64,000 bases of DNA, from NCBI RefSeq assembly GCF_009914755.1, contig NC_060926.1. One strand, given 5' to 3'. Numbering within the stretch: the first letter of the stretch is position 1; each line of letters begins with the position of its first letter. Below, in pieces: positions 14,559-31,676 of this stretch. The position numbers and the translations under genes are program-made. The stretch is from the human T2T-CHM13v2.0 reference genome, Homo sapiens. The notes under the pieces were generated by a model. The model was not told where the DNA came from and did not search any database. It worked only from the letters and a program-made list of their open reading frames with translations.

Positions 14559-15144
14559 AGATATTACATTATTTGCTTTCACAGATTCCCATTTGAACTT
14601 CTGTGAGGGAATTTTATGAAGGTCAGAACTTTTGTGGAATGTGCCCAAAGGTCACAGTGAGACTAAATGTCCAACTCCATACATGACTCCAAAGCTCTTG
14701 ACTTCTGCGTGGCATTTCTAGGCATTTCCTGTGTTTTAGGCTTCACTGTTCCAGATTTGTCTGGGAACGGGGGTACATCATAGTCCCATTTTTCACACAA
14801 GTTTGCAAATATGGTCTGAGGATTACAGATTCTTATGCACATCATTTAGTGCTGGTGCTTTGTTCTAATTCTATGAAATTCTCTTAACATTTAGACAGGC
14901 ATTGAGGGCCTGTTTGCTCTCTTTTAGTTTTCCTACTTTCTTGCCTGTCATTTATGTGTATCATCTGTCACCACAACATCCAGGTGGGTACATTTTTTGT
15001 GTACACAATCAAGCAGCAGTGTGCATTTTGTCTCTAACCAGCAATTAACTGTCTTCAGGACAATTCCAACAGCCGTGAGTTTCTGCATTTATTATCACGC
15101 CTTTATTTCAGTGGTTCTGAATGTTTTCTCACAAATTGTTACAG

Positions 15145-15477
<333 letters not shown>

Positions 15478-15504
15478 TAGATGGCAGACTAAAAAAACAA
15501 GTGG

Positions 15505-15866
<362 letters not shown>

Positions 15867-16944
15867 TCAAGGCCTTCTATATTTTCCCTTTTGGAATGTT
15901 TCTCCTAATTTAAATACTATACATCTGATCCGGCCAGTTTACTGATCTGTAGGAAGGTATCTGAGGTTTAGTGAACATTAAATAGCTCTGGCTTAGTGTT
16001 GGCCGAGGCTGGGAGGTTATATTTCTATTAGAAATTTATCATGGCTGATAAATTTCATAAAATTGCATTGTTTTACAGTTGGGTAAATCTTGTTTGTGTG
16101 CAGGGAAGGATTGGTTTGGTTTCTGTTTTCTGAGTCTGTCTGACCTAAAGGACACACATCTTAAGTGTGTAGCTTGAACTTTTACATATGATTATTCCCC
16201 TACCACCATCATCCACATCATGATCTAGATCATTTCCAGCACCCAGGAAGCCTTCTTGTGTGCTTCTTCAATTCGTGGCAACCCCAGGTTAACCACTATT
16301 CCAACCTCTATTATCATAGACTAATTTTGCCTGTTGTTAAACCTCATAGACAGGCATTAGTAGACTGACACAGTGTGTCTTCTTTGGTATCTGACTTCTG
16401 TTATTCAATATTATGTCTGTGAGATTCAACCATGTTTTGAATTTTGGCTCATTCCTTTTTATCACTGTGTAGTATTCCCTTGTATGGATATACCAATTTA
16501 CCTTGGGCACCATCTTGGGCATTTGAGTTGATTCCAGGTTTGTGCTATTATGATAAATCTGCTATGAACATTCTTAAAGATGTTTTTGGTAGGCACAAGC
16601 ACTCAATTTTCCGGAATATTATCCAGGTGTGGAATTCTAAGTCAGGGCATATATATGCTTAGCTTTGGTAAGTATTGCCAAACATTTTTCTGGGGTGATT
16701 GAACTAGTTTACATTACTACCATTTATGTAGAAGTTTCATATGCTCCACATCCTTGCATATGTGATATTGTCATTCTTTTTAATTTTAGTCATTTCAGTA
16801 GGTGCTGTAGTGATGTCTTATTGTGGTTTTAATCTTCATTTCTCTGATAACTAATAAAGAGTATCTTTCCATTGGCTACTTTGATATCCTCTTTTGTGAA
16901 GTACCTATTTGTCTTTTGCTTTTTATTGGGCTATTTTTTCTTTA

Positions 16945-16971
16945 GATAGATAGATGATAGAGATAGATGAC

Positions 16972-17032
<61 letters not shown>
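16945..17032. repeat. (GATA)n/(GAAA)n microsatellite
   Basis: Directly visible. Confidence 0.95.
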
Positions 17033-17033
<1 letters not shown>

Positions 17034-17035
17034 GA

Positions 17036-17331
17036 TTTTTTTTTTTGATGGAGTTTTGCTCTTTGCCCAGGCTGGAGTGAAGTGGCATGATCTTGGCTCA
17101 CTATAACCTCCATCCCCCAGGTTCAAGTGATTCTCCTGCCTCAGCCTCCCAAATAGCTGGGATTATAGGTGCCCACACCACGCCCGGCTAATTTTTCGTA
17201 TTTTTAGTAGAGACGGGGTTTCGCCATTTGGCCAGGCTGGTCTCGAACTCCTGACCTCAGGTTATCCACCCACCTCAGCTTCCCAAAGTGATAGGTGATA
17301 GGATTACAGGTGTGAGCCACCACACCCAGCC
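17036..17331 (-). mobile_element. AluSq/Sp-like SINE
   Basis: Reverse Alu; TSD agatagga. Confidence 0.93.
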
Positions 17332-17529
17332 AGATAGGACCCTTTATATATTCCAGATTTCATTCCTTTATTGGAAATGTATCTATATTTGTATATATTT
17401 ATGTATTTAAGTCTGTGTGTACATATGTGTGTGCATGTGTAGATACATACATACATAGAGAGAGGGAGGGAGGGACACAGAGAGAATGCGCAAATACCTT
17501 CTCCCAGTCTGTGGCCTGCCTCTCCGGCA

Positions 17530-18323
17530 TCAGCCTCCTTTGTTCCTACACAGGCCCTTCTGTGCTGCCAAGGAAATTCACAGAGCCATGCAGACCAAAA
17601 CCACAAAAATGTACAGTCTCCAGCCTCACTTGGGCCTTACAACATTTAATCATTCTCTAAAAAAACAAATGGGATAGTACATAAAATAAGGAAAAAAGGA
17701 AAGATCAATAATTCCAACCACAGAAGAATCACTATTGCCATTTTATTGTTTTTCCTTCCAGTTTTTCTTTTATAGAAAAGGCATTTGAGGTGACCTGCAA
17801 ACTCAAATGTTTTCTACATAGTTGAGATTAAGACAAATACATAATTTTGTATCCTGATTTTTTCAAGCACATTGTAACACAAGTATTTTCCCATGTGATA
17901 AAGTTTTTATAAATATAAATTTTTAATAACTGGCTAATACTCCATTATGTGGGTACATCATAATTTATGTTTTATCATTTCTCTACTGCCTTCTTTTTAG
18001 TTTGAGGGTATTATACAAAATTATTTGACAAATATCTGTGTATGTAGTTTGTCTGCATTTATTTTGCCTATATTTATTTCCTTAGGAGACAGAGAGGAAT
18101 TCCTGAGTAGATGCTATGAATGGGCTGAAGCATCTGACTGAGTCCCAGGTGGGAGGCTTCTAAGGCCCGAATGACACCACATTCTTTCCTGTGTCCCTGC
18201 ACAGCTCACTTTGCCATTCCCCACAGCAAAACTAGCCCTAACTGCCCTCAGTCATTGTGTGTTCCTGGTCCCCACCGTGTCCTCCTCTGGATGGTTGTGA
18301 TTCCTTCTACAGGAAACATTCAA
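17530..18323 (+). repeat. local duplication, copy 2 (uninterrupted)
   Basis: Paralog of 12777-14030 without the MER85 and Alu insertions. Confidence 0.92.
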
Positions 18324-18344
18324 GTTACCAGGTACAAGTTCACT

Positions 18345-18735
18345 AATAAGCTGACCTCAAAATGGGGAGAGTTTCCTGGATCATCTAAGTGGGCCCAAGG
18401 TAATCATTAGGGTGTTTCAGAGTGGAAGAGGGAGGCAGATGAGGACCAGAGAGACGATTGTGTGCAAAGGGCTCAGCTCAGCACTGCCGGCTCTGAGGGT
18501 GCAGGAGCCACAGGCCGAGGAATGCGGACAGCTTCTAAAAGCTCAACAAGGCAAGAGAATGGATTCTTCCCTTGCACCTCTAGAAGGAAAATGTGACCCT
18601 GCAGACACCTTTATTTTACCCCAGTGAGACCCCTATCAGGCTTCTGGCCTCTACAACTGTGAGGTAATTAATTTGTGTTGTCATAAGCCACTACATTTGT
18701 GGTAATTCGTTATCAAAGCAGTAAGAAACTAATGC
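18345..18735 (+). mobile_element. MLT1D-type MaLR LTR (partial)
   Basis: ctggatcatctaagtgggccc...aggcaagagaatggattcttccc...gtggtaattcgttat...agaaactaat. Confidence 0.8.
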
Positions 18736-20879
18736 TGAATCTATTTTCAATTTCCCTAGTTGTATTGCTGGTAACCCCATTTTCCAATTCCAACTCACTG
18801 GCACAGTCTATAGCAGAGGTGTCTAGTGGCAGACACACCTTGGCTGAAACCTGGCCAAATATAATAATATTTTAAATGGGGGTTGTCATTCACACTGTTC
18901 TAATGGGAGTTAGGCTGACTCTAAGCTAAGGCTCTTCTAGGCACCACTTTTTTTTTTTTTGACACATGCTAAACACTGACAGTCTGAGATTTTGGAGTCC
19001 TGGGCAGCCATTTAAATGCCTGTGGGCAGTGTCCATCACAATATCTTCTGGTAACTCAAAAACATTTTCAGTTTTAACTTGTTCAAATTTTAGAGGATTT
19101 ATTATTAATTCTTCCCTCTTAAAAAAAAGGTGTGTCCTTTTTGCTACGCTATCTAAAAGTCATAGTTTTGTTGGTTTCTAACATTAACAATGTTACTTTC
19201 CATGAAACTGCACTTTCCTGCTTAACGCTTACTCTTTCTGACACTACTTTCTTATTCAGAGGCCCTGTCAGCTTCCTGGACTACAGGCGAATCTGAAAGA
19301 TTATTTTGAAACAGTGCACATAAATGATGCTCATTTTATGTTTATATGAAATAATATTTTAAACAAGAGAAAGATGAACCTCGATTATGGTTATACATAA
19401 AAAGTCCAGACCATTGCTTTTCTTTTGGGCAAAGAGATAAAACAAGCATGTGTCTGATTTGCGTGCTGGCCCACATAGCTCCCTTTGCAAATGTGGCTTT
19501 AAACCAGCTAATCTTTTAAAAAGTCTTTACAGACTAATTTAGAAGCAAGGAGAACAAATGTGGGAGTATAAATGTGAGGCACTGAATAAGAGTGACAGTC
19601 TCTGCCAATGAACGCACTGCTGTGTTTCTGCGTACCCAATGGCGTTCACGATTTTCACTTAGATGAAGCTACCTGGGGCTTGTTTTGCCTCCCCAGCACG
19701 ATGTGCTACGTGACTGGAATTCAGATTTGGAAGGTTCGATCAGCCCTGGAGCCTACAGATCATGCTCTTCAGCTTCACTGTCTGAAGGACGAGAGAGTGA
19801 CTGGCCCAAGGTTACCCACAAATGGCCAAGCTTGCCTCACGCCTGCACCCAAGAGGCAGTGTATATAGCTCCTGCCACCTCCTCTCCCAATAGTCCATCT
19901 CTGTCTGATTCTGCCGCTTCTCGAGTCTCTGCTATTTTGCTAGTTGCCAGCAAAATTTTGATAGACAATTTTATCTTCTTAGTAGAACAAATTAGCAACA
20001 TTCTTATTAATTTGATAGGAAAGCAACATCCTATTTGTCTGACGCATTGTACATAAAAAAGGGAATGTAGAGCTTTTTAAATTACAAAGATGTTACAATA
20101 GGTCAATATGTGGGGAGTTCCTTAACTGTGGCTGAGTTATGAACAAAAATATGTTCAGAAGCAGTTGTTTGGTACCCAAAACACATCCTCTCGTGAAAAC
20201 TGCTTCGGCAGCTCTTCCTTATCTCTGTCAGGGAAATGCTCTGACATTAAAGCGAAAGAACTAAGCGAATGTTTCTATAGCAAATGGTAACACTAAAAAT
20301 AGTGTTTGGAGTGAAAGTAAGACGTGGAATAATTTCTTCACTGTTTCCATGGAAAAATAGGGAAGTGGGAATAGATGTAGCCACTGTCTGGCTGTGTCTG
20401 TGAGGCCTTAGGCAGATTGGGAGACTTGCTGAAAAGAAGTGGGATGGCATGCGCTGACATCACTTTCTAAACAACTGTTAATCGTGTTACCACCGTCTCC
20501 ATTACCCCCTCCCATTCTGAATGTCTAGGACTCTGTGGTTTACTTCATCTATGTATATATGAAAGTTTTCTTTGACTGTGTTTTTGTATCTAGTTGCCTA
20601 TTGCCAGATCATTGTTAATTCTATACAAAACCATCCAGGGAGTGGTGACCCTATATGAAATTGTGATATAGGTGAGGCTTGTTTGTGGTGCACTTGGAGT
20701 TCTCTTGCAGCTCAAAGACCTATCCTGCAAATGCCTGGATCCGCCTTCTGCAGGCAAAGCCCTATTTGATTGCCCATCGCCAGACTTCTTTCAAATGTAC
20801 CCATCATATAAACGTCAGCTAGTAAACCAACATGTTGGTAAACCAATTGCATAGCAGGCTTTGTTGGCCAACACATGCT

Positions 20880-21030
20880 CCTGCTTAATACTCATAAAAG
20901 TCCTGTGAGATAAATGCTATCTCCATTCCAAGAAACAGGAAACTCACAGGGAACTTGCCCAAAGTTTGAGTAACTAGTGAGTGGGGAAGCCAGAATTCAG
21001 AACCAACTGGGTTTGACCCCAAAGCACTTA
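20880..21030 (-). mobile_element. MIR fragment
   Basis: cctgtgagataaatgctat...ggaaactca...aacttgcccaa...ctagtgagtgg. Confidence 0.6.
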
Positions 21031-22167
21031 GTATGAGGCCTCAGGCATATGCACTCAGACGTTGCCTCTCTTCCTCTCTATTGTGAAGAATTTGGAGAAA
21101 TTCTGATAAATGGATTAAGATAATTTGGTGGTTCTGAACTCAAATGCTTGGTAGAAACTTAAATGTATTTTCCTTCTAGCCTATGGGGCATAACCATAAA
21201 ACCAGCGAGCTGTGAGAGCTGCATACGGCGAAGCTGACTCCCATGCTTTTCTGGTATTGCCCGCAGCTTAGGGATGCCACCCTCTTGCCACCCGTGGTTT
21301 ATCTCCCTTCTGTGGCCTGAGAACAGATTTAGCTAAACTAACATATTCCTGCTTCCTCATATACAAACGGGTGCTGGCTGGGAGAGGACTTGTGATTAAT
21401 GTCATTGCCAGCCTTTGTGAGCCTCTGGGAAGATGGCCCTGCAGTTCTTTTAGCTAAGCCATGATGTGCAAATAGCACATCCCAGTATTCAATGCTCTGC
21501 AGACAATTAAAGTTGTGGATTTTACACAAGTGACTTTATAGCTCAGTTTTTAAAACAAGAGATTTTTAAAAGTTCATTCTGAACTTCTGACCTTGAGTAC
21601 AATGATGTACGAAGAACTAGTTTTAACAACTAGAAAACTGGGGGGAAAAAATGAAACAGTTATGTTCATTTAACTGCCAGCAGCACAGGACTGTGAGCCC
21701 TGAGAGGGAAACAAATTAAGTTGAGTCCTAAGATGGCCTTGGCTTCCTGCCCGAAGGTGATTTCTGGACTGCGTGGGCAAACAGAAAGAACTCAGTGTCT
21801 GGCAGCCTCACTGAGTTAAGAAAATTGAGATCAGAATTGAGGGAGGTTGAAGAAGCTGGAATTTGCAGGGCAGAGTTCTGGAAAGGAAAAAGCCAAAGGG
21901 ATAAGAACTCCAGAAGTCTAGTCTCTGCTGACAATGAGGCTGCAATGCACAGAATGAAACTCCACAAGGCCGGGCAAAGGATGAACAGGGAGCTGTAGGT
22001 TGAATAATTCCCAGTGCTAACTACAGATAGGGGTATATTCAAACATTGACTAGCTTGTGAGCCCCAAGAGGGAGTCCTTGGGGATCACACAGCTCAATTG
22101 GTGAAGACAAACCTTAGTAGTGGGATTTTCCCTATATGAATCATCCTCTAGACCTATCTGAGCAAAG

Positions 22168-22960
<793 letters not shown>

Positions 22961-23135
22961 AAACTCAAAAGCAGGTGGCGGGGCATGGGCAGTGGGGGAA
23001 TGCTGGGGACGCCACACTCTACGAGATCCTGTGTCCTTGGCCAGACCAGTTTGCACCCACATTGCCACAACCAGATTCTAAACGTCAAAAAGCTGAAGGT
23101 CCACTTGATGACTCGGTGTTCAATAGAAACTTCAG

Positions 23136-23434
<299 letters not shown>

Positions 23435-23734
23435 TCAACAGAAATTTCAGGAGATCAAGTCTCTCTAGATAAGACCCCTGTGAAAGACTGGCAGAGGAGA
23501 TGTTGGACTTTTTCACAGAGTTCTTTAAAGATCTTGTAGACAGACTTTACGTGTTTGGAGACATTATGTCTTCTTTGGGAGTGGTGTTATAACCAGATCT
23601 TCACCCAGTGGTTAAACTGGTGAACTGGGAACCTACAGGACTAACTGGCAGACTCCAAACAGGCAAACCAGTTGTATTTTCCATCCATTGGGCTCAAATG
23701 TTAAATTTGGACTGGAAAAATCTGGGCATTCTCA

Positions 23735-23856
23735 GGAGGCTGAGGCAGGAGAATGGTGTGAACCCGGGAGGCGGAGCTTGCAGTGAGCCGAAATCACGCC
23801 ACTGCACTCCAGCCTGGGTGACAGAGTAAGACTCCGTCTCAAAAAAAAAAAAAAAA
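23735..23856 (+). mobile_element. 5'-truncated AluY
   Basis: AluY-type aatggtgtgaacccgggaggcggagcttgcag; perfect TSD aaaaatctgggcattctca (23716-23734 / 23852-23870). Confidence 0.92.
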
Positions 23857-25684
23857 TCTGGGCATTCTCAAACAACAGTGTATCTCCCCGTGAACTGCTG
23901 GACAGAGAGCAGTTTAAAGCATTAAAACCCAAACTAGACGTGTCATTCTTAGCCTATTCAGGAAAAGGTATTCAATGATCAGCCCATTTTTAAAGGTTTT
24001 AAAAGCTGCAAATCCAAGACTACAGTTTCATTCTGCAGTTAAATTGGTGTGTGATCTTTTTCATTCTATTTTTTGCAGACGTAACAGCTGTGTCAAAAGA
24101 ACTTATTCTCTCCCATCCTATCTCCAAGTTTTAATTTTTAATTAATGAGTTGTTTCTAACTTTTTGGCTAATTTCCTTCCTCACATGATCTGTCTTATCT
24201 TTTATAGTATCTAAATCTGCATACCTTAAGAGAACCTTACAAAAAAGAAAAGTAATCGGAAGGAAAAAGTCTGGGAGGTGAAATGAATTGGTTTTACCCT
24301 TCATACTCTGAAAACCTCACTGCAAAACCTTACAAGAAGAATAGCTCGCCCAGTCTTGCCATTCTTTCTCAGAATGAGGCTCATTAAAAAGAGTAGACCA
24401 CTAACAACTCCATGCCCCTTGAAAGATTAAAATCACTGCCTGAGTCATTTAGTGCTGAAGTGACAAGCAGCATGAGAATTCTCAGACAGACTGTTCCTTT
24501 TGTGACTACCAAGGTATGACTTCCAGTGGGACAAGGCAGGGAAATATACCATGGTTTTCTTCCTATAATTTTTTTTTGACTTAAGGTTGCTGCAGAAACA
24601 CGGGTGGGTTTGGAGAGACAAGTATTCAAAAATCTTCCACAATTCTTCCCCAAAGAAAAGTAGGGGCAGATGCCTACTCCCATAGGGTCTCCACAGGATG
24701 AGCAGGGGAGTGTCATAAACAAAGCCAGGGAGTGGAAGGGGGCACTGCCTAAACTGGGAAGGGTGCCATAAACATCGATGGTGTTAGTATTGGTGAAAAG
24801 AATCCTGGTTCTGGACTTGATTCAGCCCTGAGGTGATTGTCTACCTGTGACAATTTTCAGAAACTTCCTTAACTTCAATTTTCCTATCAGTAAAATGAAA
24901 AGATTAACCTGTTTAGAATATATCTGATTTCAAATTCCAACATTCAGTAGTTCTGGCAGAAGATTAACAGGCTAGATTTCATTCTTTCTTGGTAGATGAG
25001 AAATTGACAATGAACAATTTTTTGAAAGTTATACATTACATATAGTGTTATTTGGCATTGCCATTGAATTTACAGCTGTATTTGTGTTAAAATAACAGCC
25101 ACCTTTTACTGTGCATTTACACTGTGCCATATACAATACCAAGCATGTTATAACCATATTGTCTCATTTTACTCCTTATTCACTGGCACTGACATCTGAA
25201 GAAACAAAGCTTAACAAAGGCACCTTAAAGTATAACAGCCAGGAAGCACATTTAGGTCTTACTGGTTGCAAAGCAATGCTTTCGACCACCAGCCTCCTCC
25301 ACATGACTCAGTTGTTTCTGTTTTAAATCAAAGGGGGTTCATTTTCATAATAAACTCAACTTCTGTTGATTTCTTCCTGAAATTAGATATATTACTTTTA
25401 AGTCTGTGTGAATGCACAGCACAGAGTTTCCAGCAGGTGAACAGAAGTACATACATTCTATTATAGGAAAAAATAATGGAATAATATCCATTCTATTATA
25501 GGAAATAGCAATGGAACAATATCCATAAATGGGAAAAGAATTTAAAATGTTTCTCTTTTTCAGAAATAAGATTTTTTAAAATCAAGTGGAAGGAAAAATT
25601 TTAAGTGATAGGTCAGTGCATGTGAAAAAATAAATAAAATCACATCTTCCTTCCCCCTTCCCTCCCCGCCCTCCTTCTCCTCTT

Positions 25685-25762
25685 CTTTTTTTGAGAAAGG
25701 ATCTCACTGTGTCACCCAGGCTGGAATGCAGTGGTGCAATCATGGCTCACTGCAGCCTCAAC
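25685..25762 (-). mobile_element. AluJ 3' fragment
   Basis: ggtgcaatcatggctcactgcagcctcaacc. Confidence 0.8.
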
Positions 25763-26177
25763 CGTGGTGAGTAATTGGAAATTAAAAGAAATACAAGGCA
25801 TTCATACTCGAAAGGAAGAGTAAAACTATATTTTCAGACGACTTGATGCTGTAGATAGAAAATCCTAAGGAATTCTCCAAAACTATTAGAACTAATAGAC
25901 AAATTCATAAGGGTTGAATGGCAAAAGATCAATACACAAAAATCAATTACATTTCCATGCACTAGCAATAAACAATCTGAAATTAAATTAAGAAAACAAT
26001 TCAATTTAGAATAGCATCAAAATAATAAAATACATACAAGAGAAGTCAAATTCATAAATTTGACAATAGAAGCACAAGACTCACATACTAAAACTGCCAA
26101 ACGTTGAAATAAATTAAAGAAAACCTGAGTAAATGAATAGTTATTCCATAATCATGGATAAGAAACTTAATATTGTT

Positions 26178-26478
26178 GGCTGGGTTCTGTGGTTCACACC
26201 TGTAATCCCAGCACTTTGGGAGGCTGAGGTGGGAGAATCAGTTGAGCCCAGGAGTTCAAGACCAGCCTGGGTAATATAGTGAGACCACATCTTTACGAGA
26301 AAATTCAAAAAGTTAGCTGAGCATGGTGGCATGTGCCTGTAGTCTCAGCTACTCAAAAGTCTAAGATGGGAGGATTGTTTGAGCCCAGGAGGTTGACGCT
26401 GCGGTGAGCCATGATTGCTCCACTGCACTCCAGCTTGGGTGACAAAGCAAGACTCCATCTATAAAAAATAAAAATAAA
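26178..26478 (+). mobile_element. AluJ SINE
   Basis: ttgagcccaggagttcaag J-type diagnostics; TSD aaacttaatattgtt/aaacttaatgttgtt. Confidence 0.93.
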
Positions 26479-27227
26479 ACTTAATGTTGTTAAGAGCATA
26501 ATACATTCCAAGTTGATTTACAGATTTAATATAATGCCTATCAAAAACCCAGCTCACTTTTTTTTTGCAGCAATTCATAAGCTGTTCCTAAAATTCATAA
26601 GGAAATACAAGAAACCCAGAGTAGCCAAAACAACAATCTTGAAAAATAACAAAGATAGCGGACTTATACTTTCCAGTTCCAAAGTTATTGTAAAGCTACA
26701 GAAACCAAGACGATTTGGTACTGGTACAGGATAGACATATATATCAAGGGAACAGAATTGCTAATATGTAAATAAACCCTTACATTTATGGTTAATTAAT
26801 GTTTGACAACAACATCAAGATAATTCAATAGGGGAAGGAATAGTCTTTTCAATAAACGTTCCTGGAACAACTGGAAATCTGCATGCCAAAGAAGGAATGA
26901 GGATCCTTTCCTCACATCACACACACACACAAAATAATCTACAGTGGATTGTAGACATATATGTGAGAGATAAAACTATAAAACTCTTAGACAAAAGCAT
27001 AGGAATAAATAGTTTTGACTTCGGTTAGGCATTGATTTTTTATGTTTGATGCCAAAGGTGCAAGTGATAGAAGTCAACATTTGTAAACATCATAAATTTT
27101 GTGTTTCAAAGTACACCATCAAAAAAGTTTTAAAAAACCCAAAATATTTGTAAATTTTATATTTTATAAGGAACTTGTATCCAGAATATGTAAAGAACTC
27201 TTGCAATTCTATAATAAAAAGACAACT

Positions 27228-27617
<390 letters not shown>

Positions 27618-28383
27618 TCATTAGTTATTAGGAAATGCAAATCAAAGCCACTTCCCACCCACAAAAAGGGCACAATAAAATTGTCAGCAAGAATTAAGAT
27701 ACACAGATTTAAAGATACATATTTATAAAAGCTTTCAAAAATTGAAGTATTTAGTAACATATTTAAAAGTTTATGGAATAATACCTCTACACAGAAAACT
27801 ATGAAATATTACTGAGAAAAATAAAATAAATAGAGGACTGTATGTTCAGGGACTGGAAGATTCCATATCATGGAGATGTTCATTCCCCTCAAATGGATCT
27901 GTAGATTTGATATGGTACCATAAAAATCTTAATAAGTTTCACAAGGAATTTTGCTAAGTGATTTTCAAATCATATGGAAATGCAAAAGCAAAAATGGCCA
28001 AGATACTTTTGAACAATAACATAATATGAAAAGACTTGTGCTAAAGGATATCAAGACTTTATTGTAAAGATATACTAATTAAAGCAATGAGGTATTTGTC
28101 AGACAGACAAACAGACCAATAGAATAGTATAGAATGCCCAGAAACAAACCCACACATAATTCATCCTTGATAGGACAAGATAGTAAAGCACAGCAGCAGG
28201 GTAAGAGGGTCTTTTCAATAAATGATGCTGAGTTAACTCAAAATCTATGTAGAATATTTAAAATTTCCACATCTGTCACAAACCATATATAAAAATCAAT
28301 TCCAGATGAACTGTAGCTCTAAAATTCACAAGCAAAACAATAAAGTTTATAAAAGACAATATGAGATATAGTTATGACCTTAA

Positions 28384-28704
<321 letters not shown>

Positions 28705-29498
28705 AAGGTTTCTTAGAAGGACAGAAAAAATCCACATCCTTAAAGGAAATTATTAATAAATTGGACATTATTAAAATTAAAAACTTCTGTTTATTAAAAG
28801 ACAACATTAAATGAGTGAAAAAGCAAGCCACAATGGAAGATTATTTGCAACACATGCTACCAACAACAAGCTTGTATCCATAATACTACCTAAAAAACTA
28901 TAATTTAAGTAAAAGAGAAAACCCAGTAGAAAACTAGGTAAAAAACATGAATAGGAACTTCACAAATACATATACCGATTGGGAAATAAGCACCTAAAAA
29001 GGTGCTCAGCTCCATTAGTTATTAGTGTAATGCAAATTATAACTGAATGAGACACCATTTTACACCTACCAGCAAGGCAAAAATTAAAATGATTGACAAT
29101 GCCAAGCTGGTGGAGCAACATATTGCTGGGGGGTGTGTAAATTAGTGCAATTACTTTGGAAAACAATATGGATTATCTACTAAGGGGAACATATGCATAC
29201 TCTTTAATCCAGTAATTCCACTTCTACATGTTTACCCCCCAAAAATGTGTGCACATGTGCACCAAGAGACATACATATGAATGTTCATAGCAGCATCATT
29301 TGTAAGAGTCCAAACCAGGAAACAACCCAAACGTCCATTACCAGCAGAATGAATAAATTGTGTTACATTTGTACAATCGAATAATACACAACAATGAAAA
29401 TGAACATACTGAAACTATAGTTACATTCATCAACATAGGTAAATCTCATAAACATCACCTGAAAAGAAGGAAAAATAGTACTCTGTGATTCCAGAGAC

Positions 29499-29642
29499 AA
29501 TCCTTGTCTCTGAACAATCCACCTTCACAAATAACTGGGGTTTGCAGAAAAGCAGAAGGATTTGATAGACGTGACGAGGGCTACAATTTTCAAATGTAGA
29601 TCAGTTATAGCAATAGCCATAGTTCATGCAAGGCACAAAACT
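29499..29642 (+). repeat. 144-bp copy of 30834-30977 inserted into an L1M 3' UTR
   Basis: Ungapped match aatccttgtctctgaacaatcc...catgcaagg...aact. Confidence 0.93.
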
Positions 29643-30336
29643 ATTTTGTCAAATAGATAAAACTAAATTATAAGTCTTAGAAATCAGGACATTGGTTTTT
29701 TCGAGGAGACAGGAATAGCGATTGAGTCTGTGTACAAAGGAAACCACTGAGATTTGATTTATTCATATTTTTACTCAGGTGATGATTTTATGGGTATTTA
29801 TTTATCCCACGATAACTTATTGAGCTCATAAAAATTTGCATTGTATACTTTTCTGTATGGTTATAATACTTTACAATACAAATGCATGCTATGAAGTATT
29901 GCTAAAACTTTATTATCTTATTAGATTTTTCTAATAATAAAATACAGAAAATTAGGATCAAATACTTTCCCCCTCATCCTTACAGGTGACTTTTTCTAGG
30001 CTTTCTCAATTTATTTGGCATATCTGATGTCAGATCTATAATCCTATGTGATCATGGTCACAAAGATATTATTTTTCGGAAAAAGCAAACAAGCAAAAAA
30101 CTCTTCCTCCCCATTGTAGAATCCGGAGATGTCTTTGTTGTTTTACCCCAGAGAGCTCTTAAACATTATGAGCAATAGTACACAAACAGAATAGATAGCA
30201 CAGAGAAGTGGCCAAAGAGACAACAGTCTGCTCTGTCTGGCTTTGATGATCTGTGAAAACTCTTCAAATAGACAACTCCTAGTCACTGTTTCTCATTAAG
30301 AATTAATATCTATAAACCTGCCATTCATTGCTATAA

Positions 30337-30767
<431 letters not shown>

Positions 30768-31260
30768 TAACCTATTGCCAGACAGGGGCTTAATGAAAAC
30801 CTGAAGTCATTTATCTTTGATCCACTGGCTGAAAATCCTTGTCTCTGAACAATCCACTTTCACAAATAACTGAGGTTTGTAGAAAAGCAGAAGGATTTGA
30901 TAGATGTTATGAGGGCTGCGATATTCAAATGTAGATCAGTTATAGCAATAGCCATACTTCATGCAAGGTGCAGAACTGGACAGAAAAAAATCTTTTCTTC
31001 CTGCCCTAGAGGAAGTGTGAAGTTCTGATCACAAATACATTTTAGAATTTCTAAAACACGTGAAAACTTTTTGTAACAGGCAATTGAAATTCTAGGTTTC
31101 TATGGACATATAGTATATATGTATTCTATATAAATATTTATGTGGATCTATATACACGCACAACTATTTATCTCTGTGTGTGTATATATATACACATACA
31201 CATATATATGGGGATATATTTATATATACATATAAATATATGTGTGTATATATATATAAA

Positions 31261-31555
31261 CCCAGACCTTTCAATTATCTACTGTAAAAAGTTTTCACCA
31301 GTCTATGTAATTGTTAAGGGTGTACATATATACATGTATATTTATATATACATATTACATATTATATACACATATTACATGTATATATAAATATACATCT
31401 GTGTGTGTGTATATATATATGTATATATAAACCCAGACCTCTCAATTACCTACTGTAAAAAGTTGTCACCAGTCTATGTAATTAAGGGTGTATATATACA
31501 TGTATATTTATATATACATATTACATATTATAATACATATTACATGTATATATAA

Positions 31556-31610
<55 letters not shown>

Positions 31611-31676
31611 CCCAGACTTTTCAATTACCTACTGTAAAAAGTTTTCACCAGTCTATGTAATTGTTATTAAGGGTGT
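31261..31676. repeat. compound tandem repeat: 3 copies of a ~63-bp core spaced by TA/TG microsatellite
   Basis: cccagac.t.tcaatta.ctactgtaaaaagtt.tcaccagtctatgtaatt at 31261, 31432, 31611. Confidence 0.93.

Larger units (their letters stand above)
16120..17521 (-). mobile_element. old L1M (L1ME-type) 3' fragment, interrupted by (GATA)n and an Alu
   Basis: tctgtgagattcaaccatg, ctgctatgaacattc, ttgtggttttaat and gcaaataccttctcccagtctgtggc are L1 3'-end motifs in reverse. Confidence 0.8.

Noticed and set aside
31261-31676. Repeat-spacer pattern resembling a CRISPR array or 171-bp alpha satellite
   Set aside because: Spacers are microsatellite, the DNA is primate, there are no cas genes, and there is no alphoid similarity
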